A DNA stretch of 54,082 bases from a virus (lineage: Duplodnaviria; Caudoviricetes), in the IMG/VR virus record IMGVR_UViG_3300031653_000003, positions 1 to 54,082 of that record. The stretch is one strand, 5' to 3'. The notes beneath the pieces are model-generated. The model ran no database searches. It worked only from the letters and a program-made list of their open reading frames with translations, and was not told the DNA's origin. The stretch's first letter is position 1. Each line of letters starts with the position of its first letter. Below are positions 8,265-18,316 of the stretch, piece by piece. The position numbers and the translations under genes were made by a program.

Positions 8265-8714
8265 TTAGTGGGTGGCCCTACGGGTTCGCGTAACCAACTT
8301 TGGTAATAAATCATTTGGCACATCCCACAAACCAAGCTGCCCACGGCACGGAATAGGTTCTACCAATTTTTGGACATCAGCTAACACCCACCCGATGGGA
8401 CCAAAAAACCATTCATTCTCAACGAGATCACTTGGGTGATGTAGCACAATCCCGACCTCAAAACATTGCTCATTAACCCAACTTATTATTTTTGCAGTAG
8501 CTACAATTGAGCCAAGAGGCAAATTTGCGGGAAGCGTGACATGCTTCACTCTTTGGATAGCTGAATATCCGAGCGCGTCACTTTTCTTACTCGTATGAAT
8601 GGCAATTCTTTTGCCAATAATCCAATCTGGTGGTTTCCAAGTCCGGTTTTCAATTCGTTTGTCCAAGTCTGTAATTGCATAAGCCCACGGTTGTTTTATC
8701 GTTAGTGCCTTCAT
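8265..8714 (-). CDS. ASCH-domain protein
   Basis: MKALTIKQPWAYAI...KRIENRTW...IAIH...PIPCRGQLGLWDV signature. Confidence 0.9.
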   Translation of the reverse strand: MKALTIKQPWAYAITDLDKRIENRTWKPPDWIIGKRIAIHTSKKSDALGYSAIQRVKHVTLPANLPLGSIVATAKIISWVNEQCFEVGIVLHHPSDLVENEWFFGPIGWVLADVQKLVEPIPCRGQLGLWDVPNDLLPKLVTRTRRATH

Positions 8715-8745
8715 AGCTTCACCTTAAAATGAATTTACACCACAC

Positions 8746-8779
8746 TTGACATTATAATACAAGTATCATACGATGTCAA
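8746..8779 (-). promoter_or_regulatory. Consensus sigma70 promoter within an inverted repeat
   Basis: Minus strand TTGACA-17-TATAAT; TTGACAT/ATGTCAA inverted repeat. Confidence 0.7.
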
Positions 8780-8810
8780 AAATCACTAAAAACAATTAGA
8801 TAATCGGCTA

Positions 8811-8890
8811 TTGTAAACTAAAACCATCCATGCTATAATCTGAGATAGGCAATGGAACGGGCGCTGATGCGCCTGGTTCCATTTTTTATA
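8811..8890 (+). promoter_or_regulatory. Promoter plus leader terminator upstream of the packaging operon
   Basis: TTGTAA-17-TATAAT, then hairpin AATGGAACGGGCGC/GCGCCTGGTTCCATT and a T-tract. Confidence 0.6.
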
Positions 8891-8902
8891 TCGGGGGCAT
8901 GT

Positions 8903-9232
8903 ATGAACCGGTTACAGGACAAGCTGAATGAACTGATCGAAATATGGACAGAGGCCGGGCAGTGGTCGGAGCCTGATCTTAGCGAGTGTGTCCAGTTCAT
9001 CGTTTTGGAAGCCGTCGAATCCCTAAAAGCCTCAATCTGGCTCGACCCCCCTTTTGTTCGTAACAATCCCCGGGCCATTGATCTGTTAGACCTGGATAAA
9101 GAGGTGGCCGACACCCTGTTTATGTGCCTCTATTATTTCTCTCTCCGAGGACTGTCAGCCGATGAGCAGGTTCGGGCGAAGCTGGCAGAAATGCACCGCA
9201 AGAGAATGGAGGCTGCCCTTGCTAATAAATAA
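8903..9232 (+). CDS. MazG-like nucleotide pyrophosphohydrolase
   Basis: Helical protein with EAVE...DKEVADTLF acidic motif. Confidence 0.5.
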   Translation: MNRLQDKLNELIEIWTEAGQWSEPDLSECVQFIVLEAVESLKASIWLDPPFVRNNPRAIDLLDLDKEVADTLFMCLYYFSLRGLSADEQVRAKLAEMHRKRMEAALANK

Positions 9233-9551
9233 ACCCTCAAGCGTATCAAAAAACTCCCCTTTGGCCCAAAAAGCAAAATATGTGATCAAAAATTACGACA
9301 GCGCCGAAGTCCAGCGAATCCTGATGGACGGGCGGCACAGTAATGACCGGCTGCTGCCCCGGCACTTATTTGAAGATGACCGGGCCTATACTGCATTTAT
9401 TGATCTAAATGAAGAAATCCAAAACTGTGGCCCGGTTATTGCTTCCGAGGTATTCTTCAAGGTGTTTTTATTTCTTGCCGGCGAGGGGTGTTTATGAATA
9501 TTCTTGACCCGTCAACGATCCGCAATATTAAAGAATAGTAAGGGAGATGAG

Positions 9552-10007
9552 TTGACAAAGACAAAAAGAAGTCGTAAGTTAGACCCAGACAGGGTTGCGA
9601 TTATACTTGTTGAGGCTCTATATAATGATGACGCGAAAACTGCGGAACGGTGGGGCATAACAACCAGGACGCTACAAAACTACAGAAGAAGGCTATCAAA
9701 CGATGTAGAACTTTCGCAAAAATTCGTCCTTAAAAAGAAATTATTTGAATCTGATTGGGCCGCAGAAGTACCATCAACGATCAGAGAGGCTATGGAATTC
9801 ATTAGAAGGGCTGCAAAAGAGGCAGATCACAAGGACGCTGAAGTTATACACGCCATTGCAGGGGCAATGAAGGTAACAGCCGAAATGGGGCTAACGAAAG
9901 AAATTATAGATGCTAGGCTTGGGCAGTTTAGACCAGATAGATCGGATAGAGAAGAAGATAGACCGGTGGATACCGTCGAGTCCGGAATCATTATTGATCA
10001 AAAGTAG
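9552..10007 (+). CDS. Terminase small subunit (HTH)
   Basis: HTH (TAERWGITTRTLQNY) directly upstream of the large terminase; start may be 9504. Confidence 0.7.
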   Translation: MTKTKRSRKLDPDRVAIILVEALYNDDAKTAERWGITTRTLQNYRRRLSNDVELSQKFVLKKKLFESDWAAEVPSTIREAMEFIRRAAKEADHKDAEVIHAIAGAMKVTAEMGLTKEIIDARLGQFRPDRSDREEDRPVDTVESGIIIDQK

Positions 10008-11478
10008 CGCCGAAAAATGGGAACCAAGTCCCGGCCCGCAAACAGAGGGATATTATAGCCCTGCTGATATTCTTGGTTATGGTGGGTCAGCCGGGGGCGG
10101 TAAAACTGACCTATTGCTTGGGCTGGCAAAAAATGAGCATACAAACTCTGTAATCTTTCGGCGCGTATTTCCTAACCTGCGGGCCGTGATTGAGCGCAGC
10201 CGGGAGGTTTTTAACCCGACCGGTAGGGATCATCAAAAAGACACGTACAACGAGAGTTTGCATCGCTGGGCTTTAGATGGCCGAATACTTGAATTTGAAG
10301 CATGTCAGTACGAGAAAGATAAAAACAATCAACGGGGGCGACCTCGTGATTTTTATGGTTTCGATGAGGTTACGGAATTCTCAAAGTCGATGGTCGAATT
10401 CATTATGGCCTGGCTGCGGTCTACTGACCCGGATCAACGCTGCCGGGTAGTGATGACCTTCAACCCGCCATCTGATGACGTGGGGACGTGGGTTGTAGAG
10501 TATTTTCGGCCCTGGCTGGCCTATCTGCACCCTAACAATTTTACTCATCCGAACCCGGCCAAGCCCGGCGAATTGCGCTGGTACGCGGTACTTGACGGGG
10601 AAGAAACCGAATGTAAGGACGGCAAGCCCTTTATGTATAAGGGCGAGAAGATACAACCGCTTTCCCGGACATTCATTCCGGCAAAGTTGGATGATAACCC
10701 GTATTTGAGGGATACCAATTACCGATCAATATTGCAGTCAATGCCGGAACCACTCAGGAGCCAATTATTACATGGTGACTTCTCGGCGGCGGCGGGTAAA
10801 GACCCCTGGCAAGTCTTGCCCACTGAATGGGTCAGGCTGGCTCAGGCCAGGTGGTTGGAGAGAGAAAAACCGGACGTGCCATTAACGGCGGTTGGTGTGG
10901 ATGCGGTGCGGGGCGGGCAAGATAAACTTGCGATCTGCAAGCGGTATGATAACTGGTTTGATGAGGTGTATGGATTGCCGGGGGTAAATGTTGAGGATGG
11001 CCCGGCCCTGGCCGCTATTGTTTGGCAGGAGTTGGACGGGGAAAAACCGTCTTACGTGATGAATATTGACGCGGCCAGCATTGGGGCCAGCGGCTATGAT
11101 TCGCTAAAGACAATGTACCGGAACGTGATCCCTCTTAATGCCTCGGAGGGTTCAGACTATCGGGACAAGTCAAAAGCGTTCAAGATGCGTAATACCCGCG
11201 CCGAATACTACTGGCGAATGAGGGAAGCTTTAGACCCGGAGCATGGTGACGACATAGCCCTTCCTCCCGGTAATGAAATTGTAGCCGACCTGTGCGCGGC
11301 CCGGTGGAGCCTGACGGCGGCAGGTATACAGATTGAGAAGAAAGAGGACATTAAGGATCGGATCGGGCGAAGCCCGGACAAGGGCGAGGCGATATTATTT
11401 GCTAATATGCCCAAGCCAAAAGGGAAAGTTCCCGGCATATTAGCTCAGGGAAAAGTAAAAGTGAGGTTGAAAAAATGA
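9910..11478 (+). CDS. Terminase large subunit
   Basis: Walker A GGSAGGGKT, Walker B YGFDE, TFNP coupling motif, nuclease VGVDAVRGGQD and RSPDKGEA. Confidence 0.95.
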   Translation: MLGLGSLDQIDRIEKKIDRWIPSSPESLLIKSSAEKWEPSPGPQTEGYYSPADILGYGGSAGGGKTDLLLGLAKNEHTNSVIFRRVFPNLRAVIERSREVFNPTGRDHQKDTYNESLHRWALDGRILEFEACQYEKDKNNQRGRPRDFYGFDEVTEFSKSMVEFIMAWLRSTDPDQRCRVVMTFNPPSDDVGTWVVEYFRPWLAYLHPNNFTHPNPAKPGELRWYAVLDGEETECKDGKPFMYKGEKIQPLSRTFIPAKLDDNPYLRDTNYRSILQSMPEPLRSQLLHGDFSAAAGKDPWQVLPTEWVRLAQARWLEREKPDVPLTAVGVDAVRGGQDKLAICKRYDNWFDEVYGLPGVNVEDGPALAAIVWQELDGEKPSYVMNIDAASIGASGYDSLKTMYRNVIPLNASEGSDYRDKSKAFKMRNTRAEYYWRMREALDPEHGDDIALPPGNEIVADLCAARWSLTAAGIQIEKKEDIKDRIGRSPDKGEAILFANMPKPKGKVPGILAQGKVKVRLKK

Positions 11479-13844
11479 ACATATTTTCTATTTTTAAGCG
11501 CCAGACAGGCCCGATAGAGTTAGACTTGAACACACGCTCTGCGGAGCGCAAGAAATATGCTGCCCGCGCCCTGGCGAAGTCGATGGCCGGTCGGAGAACC
11601 CGGCTAACCACCGACGCTGCCTATGAATCTTCTATGTTCGCCTCGTTTGATTATATCGAGTCGCCGGAGTCGTCGCTTGAGAAATGGCGGCGGCAAAATC
11701 TCAATGACCAGACTTTGAGCCGGTTGTCTGCGGCTGACCTGGTAGAGTTGATGGCCGATGTCAGCCCGGAGATTAGCCGCGCCCTATGGGACTTCTTGCG
11801 CTTCTGTAATCCTGGCTGGAAAATTAAGGCGATGGTAAGCGAGAACGAATCACCCGCCGGTAAAGCGGCTATAGATAAAATGATAAGTGGTCTTGAAGAC
11901 CTTTACGGCTCTTTTGATGTAGTGATAAACCGGCTTTTTATTGGCGGCTTTTTACGGGGGGCTTTTTTGGGGGAAGTGGTACTCGACCAAAAGGGGCGGG
12001 AATTTTTAGACTTTGCCACGCCTGACCCTTATAGTGTGCGATTCAAAAAGGTCAATGATCCTGACCGGGGCACAGTCTGGCAAATGGGCCAATGGCAGAG
12101 CGGAAGCTGGGTGAGTCTGGAAGTGCCAACCGTGGGTTACGTGCCGATTGACCCTCTACCAGGAAAGCCCTACGGTCGGTCTATGGTCGGATCGGCCATC
12201 TTCGCGGCTCTGTTTTTGATCGGGATGTTACACGACATTCGGCGGGTCGTGGCCCAGCAAGGCTACCCCCGGCTTGATCTATCTATTGACCTGGAGAAGC
12301 TAATTGAGGCAATGCCGGACAGTATAGAGGATGATCCCACCGAGTTCAAAAATTGGGTCAACGGTGTGGTTGATGAGGTCTGCGACGAATACGGCGATCT
12401 GGAACCAGACGATGCTTACGTACATACCGATGTGGTATCAGTCAATAGGCCGGTTGGGGCTATTCATACTGATAGCCTGGGTGCGGTTGATGGCTTAATA
12501 CGCAGCCTTGAGAGGATGGCGACTCGCGCCCTGAAAACAATGCCCCTGCTGATGGCCTCCAATGAAGCGGTATCCGAAACTCACGCGAATCGACAATGGG
12601 AAATACACGTTGCCGGGATCAAGTCAATTCAACATTTATGCGAGAACCTACTGGCCCGGTTATTTACGGTAGCCCTGCACGCGCAGGGGATTCAGGCAGA
12701 CGTCGAATTTAAGTTCTCAGAGTTGCGGGCCTCTGAGGAATTGAGGGACGCGCAGACAGAGGCGATTCTAATTTTAAACGAGACGGCGAAATATAATCAG
12801 GGTTGGACTTCTCAGAACGAGGGCGCGCAGCAGATAACCGGCCACGATGCTGATGTGCCGGGGCCGCGTATGTCCCCAACCCTTGTTGATATTTATCAGG
12901 GCGACGGGGAGGGTGAGGAGCCGATCCGACAATTGCTGGCAAAGTCTGGAGTTGAGTATTATAGAGCCGTCCAGATCGTGCCGGAGGGGTCAGAAGTCCC
13001 GCTGCCCCTGCTGCCCGATGAAGTAATTATCGGAGATCGGGAAATTGACGCGGCCATTGAATTGTGGGATGAGCTAATACCGCGCCTTTACCGGGGGATG
13101 CTGGATGCTGAGGTAGTCGGGCAGACTGACTACGGTGAGAACGGACGGGGAAAACGGGCCGGGGGTAAACCTGTTTGGGAATGGCGGCAGGCGACAAAAC
13201 GATACCATCATAATCCCACCAATCAGTTTATCGGCCAGCGCCGGATGGTTGAGTTGCGGGACGAGTTTGCCGAAAGACAAAAAGAACGGGTGGCCGACAG
13301 TGAGCTAAATGACCAGCTATTGACCGGCGACATCTCTATTCAGCGGTGGGTATTGGGCCAGCGCGAAATAATCAAACAAACATACATTGACCAGTATGTA
13401 ATGGGCAAGGGAGGGCGCAACGCTATGACCCAGGCCGATTGGGGCCGGGTAGGGCGTATGCTGCGGGATCAATACGGCTATCTGCAAAACTTCGGGCAGG
13501 ACATAGCCGACGGTAAAAAGAGCGTTGCCCAGATACGCAACCAGGCGAGTATGTACATCGATTCATCGGTACAGGCATTTGAACGGGGCAAGGCTGCCAG
13601 TTACGGGAATTTCACCTTACCGGCTCACCCAGGCGACGGGCAAACGAAATGCCTGGGGCGTTGCCGGTGCAAGTGGCGCATCAAGGAAACCGACGAGGCG
13701 TGGGAATGTACATGGGTGATTGATAGCGCGGCTGAAAATTGTGAGGATTGTCAGGGAAACGCCCGAAAATGGAACCCGTTGATCATTGAAAAAACGCGGG
13801 CCAGAACCCGGCAACAGTTAGCGGAGGTATTAAACAATGTGTGA
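11475..13844 (+). CDS. Portal protein with C-terminal head-morphogenesis (MuF/SPP1 gp7-like) extension
   Basis: Position after terminase; portal-like N-terminal ~480 aa; C-terminal HPGDGQTKCLGRCRC...ENCEDC. Confidence 0.75.
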   Translation: MNIFSIFKRQTGPIELDLNTRSAERKKYAARALAKSMAGRRTRLTTDAAYESSMFASFDYIESPESSLEKWRRQNLNDQTLSRLSAADLVELMADVSPEISRALWDFLRFCNPGWKIKAMVSENESPAGKAAIDKMISGLEDLYGSFDVVINRLFIGGFLRGAFLGEVVLDQKGREFLDFATPDPYSVRFKKVNDPDRGTVWQMGQWQSGSWVSLEVPTVGYVPIDPLPGKPYGRSMVGSAIFAALFLIGMLHDIRRVVAQQGYPRLDLSIDLEKLIEAMPDSIEDDPTEFKNWVNGVVDEVCDEYGDLEPDDAYVHTDVVSVNRPVGAIHTDSLGAVDGLIRSLERMATRALKTMPLLMASNEAVSETHANRQWEIHVAGIKSIQHLCENLLARLFTVALHAQGIQADVEFKFSELRASEELRDAQTEAILILNETAKYNQGWTSQNEGAQQITGHDADVPGPRMSPTLVDIYQGDGEGEEPIRQLLAKSGVEYYRAVQIVPEGSEVPLPLLPDEVIIGDREIDAAIELWDELIPRLYRGMLDAEVVGQTDYGENGRGKRAGGKPVWEWRQATKRYHHNPTNQFIGQRRMVELRDEFAERQKERVADSELNDQLLTGDISIQRWVLGQREIIKQTYIDQYVMGKGGRNAMTQADWGRVGRMLRDQYGYLQNFGQDIADGKKSVAQIRNQASMYIDSSVQAFERGKAASYGNFTLPAHPGDGQTKCLGRCRCKWRIKETDEAWECTWVIDSAAENCEDCQGNARKWNPLIIEKTRARTRQQLAEVLNNV

Positions 13845-14359
13845 TGATAACTCAGTGAGTACCCAAATAGGCGGGGTCTTATGCCCCGGCTGCAATGGCA
13901 CGATGTTGCGGGATCGAATTGACAACACCTTGACCTGCCGGAATACCGGCTGCAAGTTTTGGAAGGTTAAATTTAATCCACCCGTTATAAAATTAACACT
14001 TGCAGAGGGGGAGAAATGCCAAGCGATAAAAGACCCACGTTTCCAGCTGCCCCGGTAGTTGGCCGGGGTGTTAAGCTAAAGGCCCCGGCTTATATACCAC
14101 TATGGGGCATTAAGCTGGTGCAGCGCATAGCTCAGTTCACCTCGAAGCCGGGAATCTATCCGGCTACCCTGATTGTGGACAAAGATGGCAACCGGGAGTT
14201 GGTTGTCGAAGGCGGGAAAAGGGAAAGGTTAGGGAAGTGATGAATCTTAAATACCAAGTCATTCGAGCGGGTAATAAATAAGTGGACAGAGCAATAATAG
14301 TCATTGTTTATCTTTTGCCGGTTGTATAAAATTGTGGTATAATAACTGTGGGGTGAGCG

Positions 14360-14953
14360 ATGACAATTTTCTATGGCGGCACAGAGGATCAAGTAAGAAA
14401 ACAATTACAATGTAAACACTTTTGGCGCGGACTTAATGCTGATAGAATCAGCGTGTATTACAAGTGCGTTCATTGCTCTTGCTTAGACAGACGTTGTACC
14501 GAGGACGAGTATTACAAAGCTCTACGAATAATGGAACAAACCCCCGCGCCAAGCCCATCCACCCCCCCTCAATTAGGTAGCTTAAGGGGAAAAAAGAAAT
14601 ATCACATTTGTACAATGTGCACCCCCCATCATATTGATAATTGCGAAACCTGTTTTGGATTTGGTGTTCTTAAAAAGCGCACTCAAGATGGTATTATTCC
14701 TGTCAGGGCTAGTCTTATTGAAACTATTGCGGAACGTGACTGCGAGGCTTGTCCAGAGTGCCAGAGTACTTTATCTGGCCCCCCAAGCGAAAGACTCGCC
14801 ACCTATACAGGCGAAGAATATTTTTACGGCCTAAATGATTACAACCCATTTAAGCCTGGGGATAGGATAGACGTTGAGTATGGTGGTGGGTTGCGGCTTG
14901 TTGGAACCGTAGTCAAAATAGACGGGTTGAGAGTTGTTATTAAAACAGAATAG
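14360..14953 (+). CDS. Hypothetical Cys-rich protein (N-terminus paralogous to 7808-8200)
   Basis: Shared ~55-aa N-terminal domain; several CxxC motifs. Confidence 0.6.
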   Translation: MTIFYGGTEDQVRKQLQCKHFWRGLNADRISVYYKCVHCSCLDRRCTEDEYYKALRIMEQTPAPSPSTPPQLGSLRGKKKYHICTMCTPHHIDNCETCFGFGVLKKRTQDGIIPVRASLIETIAERDCEACPECQSTLSGPPSERLATYTGEEYFYGLNDYNPFKPGDRIDVEYGGGLRLVGTVVKIDGLRVVIKTE

Positions 14954-14966
14954 GAGAGGCAAGGCG

Positions 14967-15248
14967 ATGGATAAACTTAAGCAATTAATACAAAAATGCA
15001 AATGTGGAGTATATCTTACAACGAACGAACACCGTGATCTCTATATGACGGTGGAGGATAGACTTCGAGAGTTGTCTGACTTTGATAACCTTCCAGATAT
15101 TGACCCCGAAATAAAACAACTGATGATAGAAAAAAATACAATGATTGAACTTCAATTCTATCCAGTTACGCCGATTGGTTTTTACCGCCTTTTTCATTGG
15201 GATTTAGACCTCGCATTGGATCAGGCGCTAGAATGTATTGATACCTAA
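14967..15248 (+). CDS. Hypothetical protein
   Basis: Start lies within the repeated RBS unit GAGAGGCAAGGCGATGG. Confidence 0.55.
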   Translation: MDKLKQLIQKCKCGVYLTTNEHRDLYMTVEDRLRELSDFDNLPDIDPEIKQLMIEKNTMIELQFYPVTPIGFYRLFHWDLDLALDQALECIDT

Positions 15249-15270
15249 TACGAACATGAGAGGCAAGGCG

Positions 15271-15507
15271 ATGGCAGTAAAAATAATAAACTATGATTTT
15301 ACAAATAAACTATGTGAGGCGCTTGGCTTGAGCGGCGCTTATGTTCGCCGGATGGTGATTGATACCGGAAACCCCGGCGATGCAATTACGATTTATACCG
15401 AGTCCTTTGCTTCCGATAAACTGTTACAAGTTGACTGGTCTGCTTTGAAGGGGCTTGATATTGAAGTGATTGACGTATCTACGATGGGCGGTGATTCCAA
15501 TGGGTGA
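15271..15507 (+). CDS. Hypothetical protein
   Basis: Start lies within the second copy of GAGAGGCAAGGCGATGG. Confidence 0.55.
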   Translation: MAVKIINYDFTNKLCEALGLSGAYVRRMVIDTGNPGDAITIYTESFASDKLLQVDWSALKGLDIEVIDVSTMGGDSNG

Positions 15508-15854
15508 TTGCATTTTCGCCTTTTTATTTTTCTTTGCCGGGTTTATCTTCGGCGGGGTGTGGGTAAAAATTGGCATAGAGAAAAGCGGCCTCAAATTCAA
15601 GTATGCCAAAGGTGGCCGGTGGGAAGTTGTTGACGATACCCGAAAGCCTGAAGATACTTCCATTGGCAAGTGCAAGACGTGCGCTTTTCGTGAGAATGAC
15701 TATTGTATGAATGAAAAGTTACGTGAGGATGACAACGAAACTTTCCATTTGACCTTTGAAGAAAAAAACGATTGTCTTATTTACAGCTATGATGATGGTG
15801 GAAATTTTTGGGTAGGCGAAAACTTCGGGTGTGTCCACTGGGAAGGAATTGACG

Positions 15855-16298
15855 ATGACAAGTAGACGTGATTTTTTGAAATTAGTTGGTACTTTTTTGG
15901 GCGGCGCTGTGGCTGGCGCGGTGGGTATTCAGGTTGGGATTGAATCAGACAACCCGTTCTCTATTCATCCCTGCGATATTTGTGGTAGCCCGGCTGTTAC
16001 TATGGATGAAATAACGCGTGTTCACGGAATCGAAATGGTGCACGAAGTTTATTACTATTGCGACCAGCATAAGGATTTTTACAAAGATAAAGACAACCCG
16101 CTCTATTATTGTTCTGATCTGGATGATAATTTATATGTTGGAGGATATTTTACCACTCACCCATACCAGCCTTACAACACAGAACAATCAGATAGAAAAT
16201 TTATCCCTCCAATAGATGGCACAGACTGGGTACAAGGTTGTGATCTATCTGAGTTTCTCAGGATTCCACATAGCCTGGAGGGGCCAAATGAATCATAA
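15855..16298 (+). CDS. Hypothetical protein with twin-arginine-like N-terminus
   Basis: MTSRRDFLKLVGTFLGGAVAGAVG. Confidence 0.55.
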   Translation: MTSRRDFLKLVGTFLGGAVAGAVGIQVGIESDNPFSIHPCDICGSPAVTMDEITRVHGIEMVHEVYYYCDQHKDFYKDKDNPLYYCSDLDDNLYVGGYFTTHPYQPYNTEQSDRKFIPPIDGTDWVQGCDLSEFLRIPHSLEGPNES

Positions 16299-16678
16299 GC
16301 GCGGGCATATCTACGGCAGGCCGCATAAGCGAAGTTTGGCGCAGTCTTTGATTGCTCCCTGGGAAGGGTGGAGACTTAATAGAGATAGGCAACTTGAATT
16401 TGTCGGCTTTCCGGTTTCTACGCGCGGGCATATCCTGGAGTCCCATACTGAAAAGAGCGCCGGGCAGGATGTCAAGGTGATTGACAAGTATGAAATTGAT
16501 GGCGTGGTGGTGTTGGAGTGATGAGTAAGGCTGAGAGATTTCACTTGGCTACATTGATTATTTGTTGTAGTTTATTTAGTACTAGCAATACAGACAGAAT
16601 GTGGGTTGATTTAATTGTACCATTAGTGCCCTGTCTTGCTGTTGGATTTATTTTTGTGTTTTTCACTGGGGGTAAAAA

Positions 16679-17101
16679 ATGATAGATAAAGATTACATTA
16701 GCTCAGATGATTTTGATTCGCAAAAGCCTGAAACGTGTCCCGGCAAGGTAACATTAATAATAAACGGGGAAGAATTAGGAACGGTAACTTTTATTAAGGG
16801 GAAGCCGGACAAGCGTGTAGTTGAGGTTACATTAGATGGTCTAGTCTTGGAATCTCGTGATCTTGTTGATACGACTGGCCGGTGTGAATTTGTTTTCCCT
16901 GGACAGCACAGTATATCATTTGATGCCCTAATTGTTTTAAGTTCTGTCAATGATGAAACAATTGGGTTTTTAACCATTGTTACTTTAAGCCCCATTGGTT
17001 CACCTGTTGAACATTTAGATGGTGAAGCGTTTCCTTTTCCCTCGGTCGCTGATTATATTGCCGAGGGATCGCAATGGCTAAAAAACAAGATGGCATTTTA
17101 A
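16679..17101 (+). CDS. Hypothetical protein
   Basis: 140-aa ORF in a tandem small-gene cluster. Confidence 0.5.
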   Translation: MIDKDYISSDDFDSQKPETCPGKVTLIINGEELGTVTFIKGKPDKRVVEVTLDGLVLESRDLVDTTGRCEFVFPGQHSISFDALIVLSSVNDETIGFLTIVTLSPIGSPVEHLDGEAFPFPSVADYIAEGSQWLKNKMAF

Positions 17102-17102
17102 T

Positions 17103-17561
17103 ATGAATGAAAAGCGTATCCCGGTAAAGGTAGTTAAGGTTGTTTGGCCCTGCGAAGCCTGCGGCAAGGGAGAGATGGAGTATGTAAAGGGCAATAGTCA
17201 TCTGACTATAACTCCATTTAGGGAGCATAAGTGTAATGTTTGTGGGCATACAGATGACGCAAGAAATAAAATTTATCCCCGTATTGAATATGAGCGGGTG
17301 GACGAGTCGCCTGCTTTCCAAAAACCGCCGAAGAAATTGTATCTCTCAATTTTTACAGATCGCTATAACGATGTTTATGTGCGTGTATTTGATACGCCAG
17401 AAAAGGCTATCTCGTATGCGAAAAAATTAGCTAAAGACTATGCAATGCGCCCCGAAGACATTCAAGAGACAATGTGTTGTGGAAGATGGTTATACAATTG
17501 TGTTTTTTCTCCCGAAGGTTATAGTGTTAGGGTTGAGGAAAGCGAACTAGTGAACGAATGA
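17103..17561 (+). CDS. Hypothetical Zn-ribbon protein
   Basis: CEACG...HKCNVCG. Confidence 0.55.
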   Translation: MNEKRIPVKVVKVVWPCEACGKGEMEYVKGNSHLTITPFREHKCNVCGHTDDARNKIYPRIEYERVDESPAFQKPPKKLYLSIFTDRYNDVYVRVFDTPEKAISYAKKLAKDYAMRPEDIQETMCCGRWLYNCVFSPEGYSVRVEESELVNE

Positions 17562-17769
17562 AAGATATTGATTTCACGGCCTCGATACTGTATATGCGCT
17601 ATAGCTCATTGGTCTATTCAGTCATAGCACTTGTTTTGCTTGTAATGTTTGGTGAGGGAATTGTGGCTAATAGCCATTTTCTGCTTTGCCTGGGCGCTTG
17701 CTTTGCTTTAGTTGGAATAGCAATATTATTATTCCGTGGCTTAATTACTGGGGGTAATTATGAGTAGGT

Positions 17770-17892
17770 GGGCGAGAAGCTTAACGGTAGGCAGCCGGGA
17801 AAGCCCCGGCGGGGACGGTAAGAGAAAAGCAGTCAGGTGCAAACTGATTGATCAATCCCGTATAATTGCAGGTTAGAGTCCTGCCTCGCCCC
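17770..17892 (+). ncRNA. tRNA-like RNA with non-canonical loops and expanded variable region
   Basis: Acceptor GGGCGAG/CTCGCCC, D arm GCTT-AACGGT-AGGC, stem GCCGGG/CCCGGC, ~57-nt insert, T arm GCAGG-TTAGAGT-CCTGC. Confidence 0.6.
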
Positions 17893-17982
17893 TTGCGGTG
17901 TGGTTTTTACTACTTCGTGCCTAAAGTCAGGATATGTCCGCTAGTTGAAATATCACTAGTTTAGTCCTGGCAACTACGCCGC

Positions 17983-18105
17983 ATATAACAAATCGTTGGT
18001 GGGCGAATTGCTACCACCGCGATTTTTGAAACATACTCGCCGGCAGAGTCAATAATCAAGTGGCTTGCGGTGCTGGCCCGCAATCGCCACAACTCAGTGT
18101 TCCGG
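17983..18105 (+). repeat. Solitary attC-like site; inverted near-copy of 40516-40638
   Basis: ATATAAC...GTT cores; its reverse complement aligns along its length with 40516-40638 with scattered mismatches. Confidence 0.75.
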
Positions 18106-18254
18106 CTGTATTTGGACGCTTGACAGATCAAAACACCTGTGATACCATACCCATAACTAAATAAATGCCGGACACCCCCGGCAGCGGAAATTGTGACCCC
18201 TAAGAAACACAATTAAAGACCCGCTATTTAGCGACGTGACCTAATGAATCCACG

Positions 18255-18290
18255 CCGCCGAGTTTAATCGACTCGGCGGTTTTTTGTTTT
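18255..18290 (+). terminator. Intrinsic terminator upstream of the head genes
   Basis: CCGCCGAGT-TTAATCG-ACTCGGCGG followed by TTTTTTGTTTT. Confidence 0.7.
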
Positions 18291-18316
18291 TGCTTACAAA
18301 AAGGATTTTATAACAT

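Noticed and set aside
14954-15274. 17-bp repeat GAGAGGCAAGGCGATGG as a mobile-element end
   Set aside because: Both copies coincide with an RBS and start codon; most simply a duplicated translation-initiation region.
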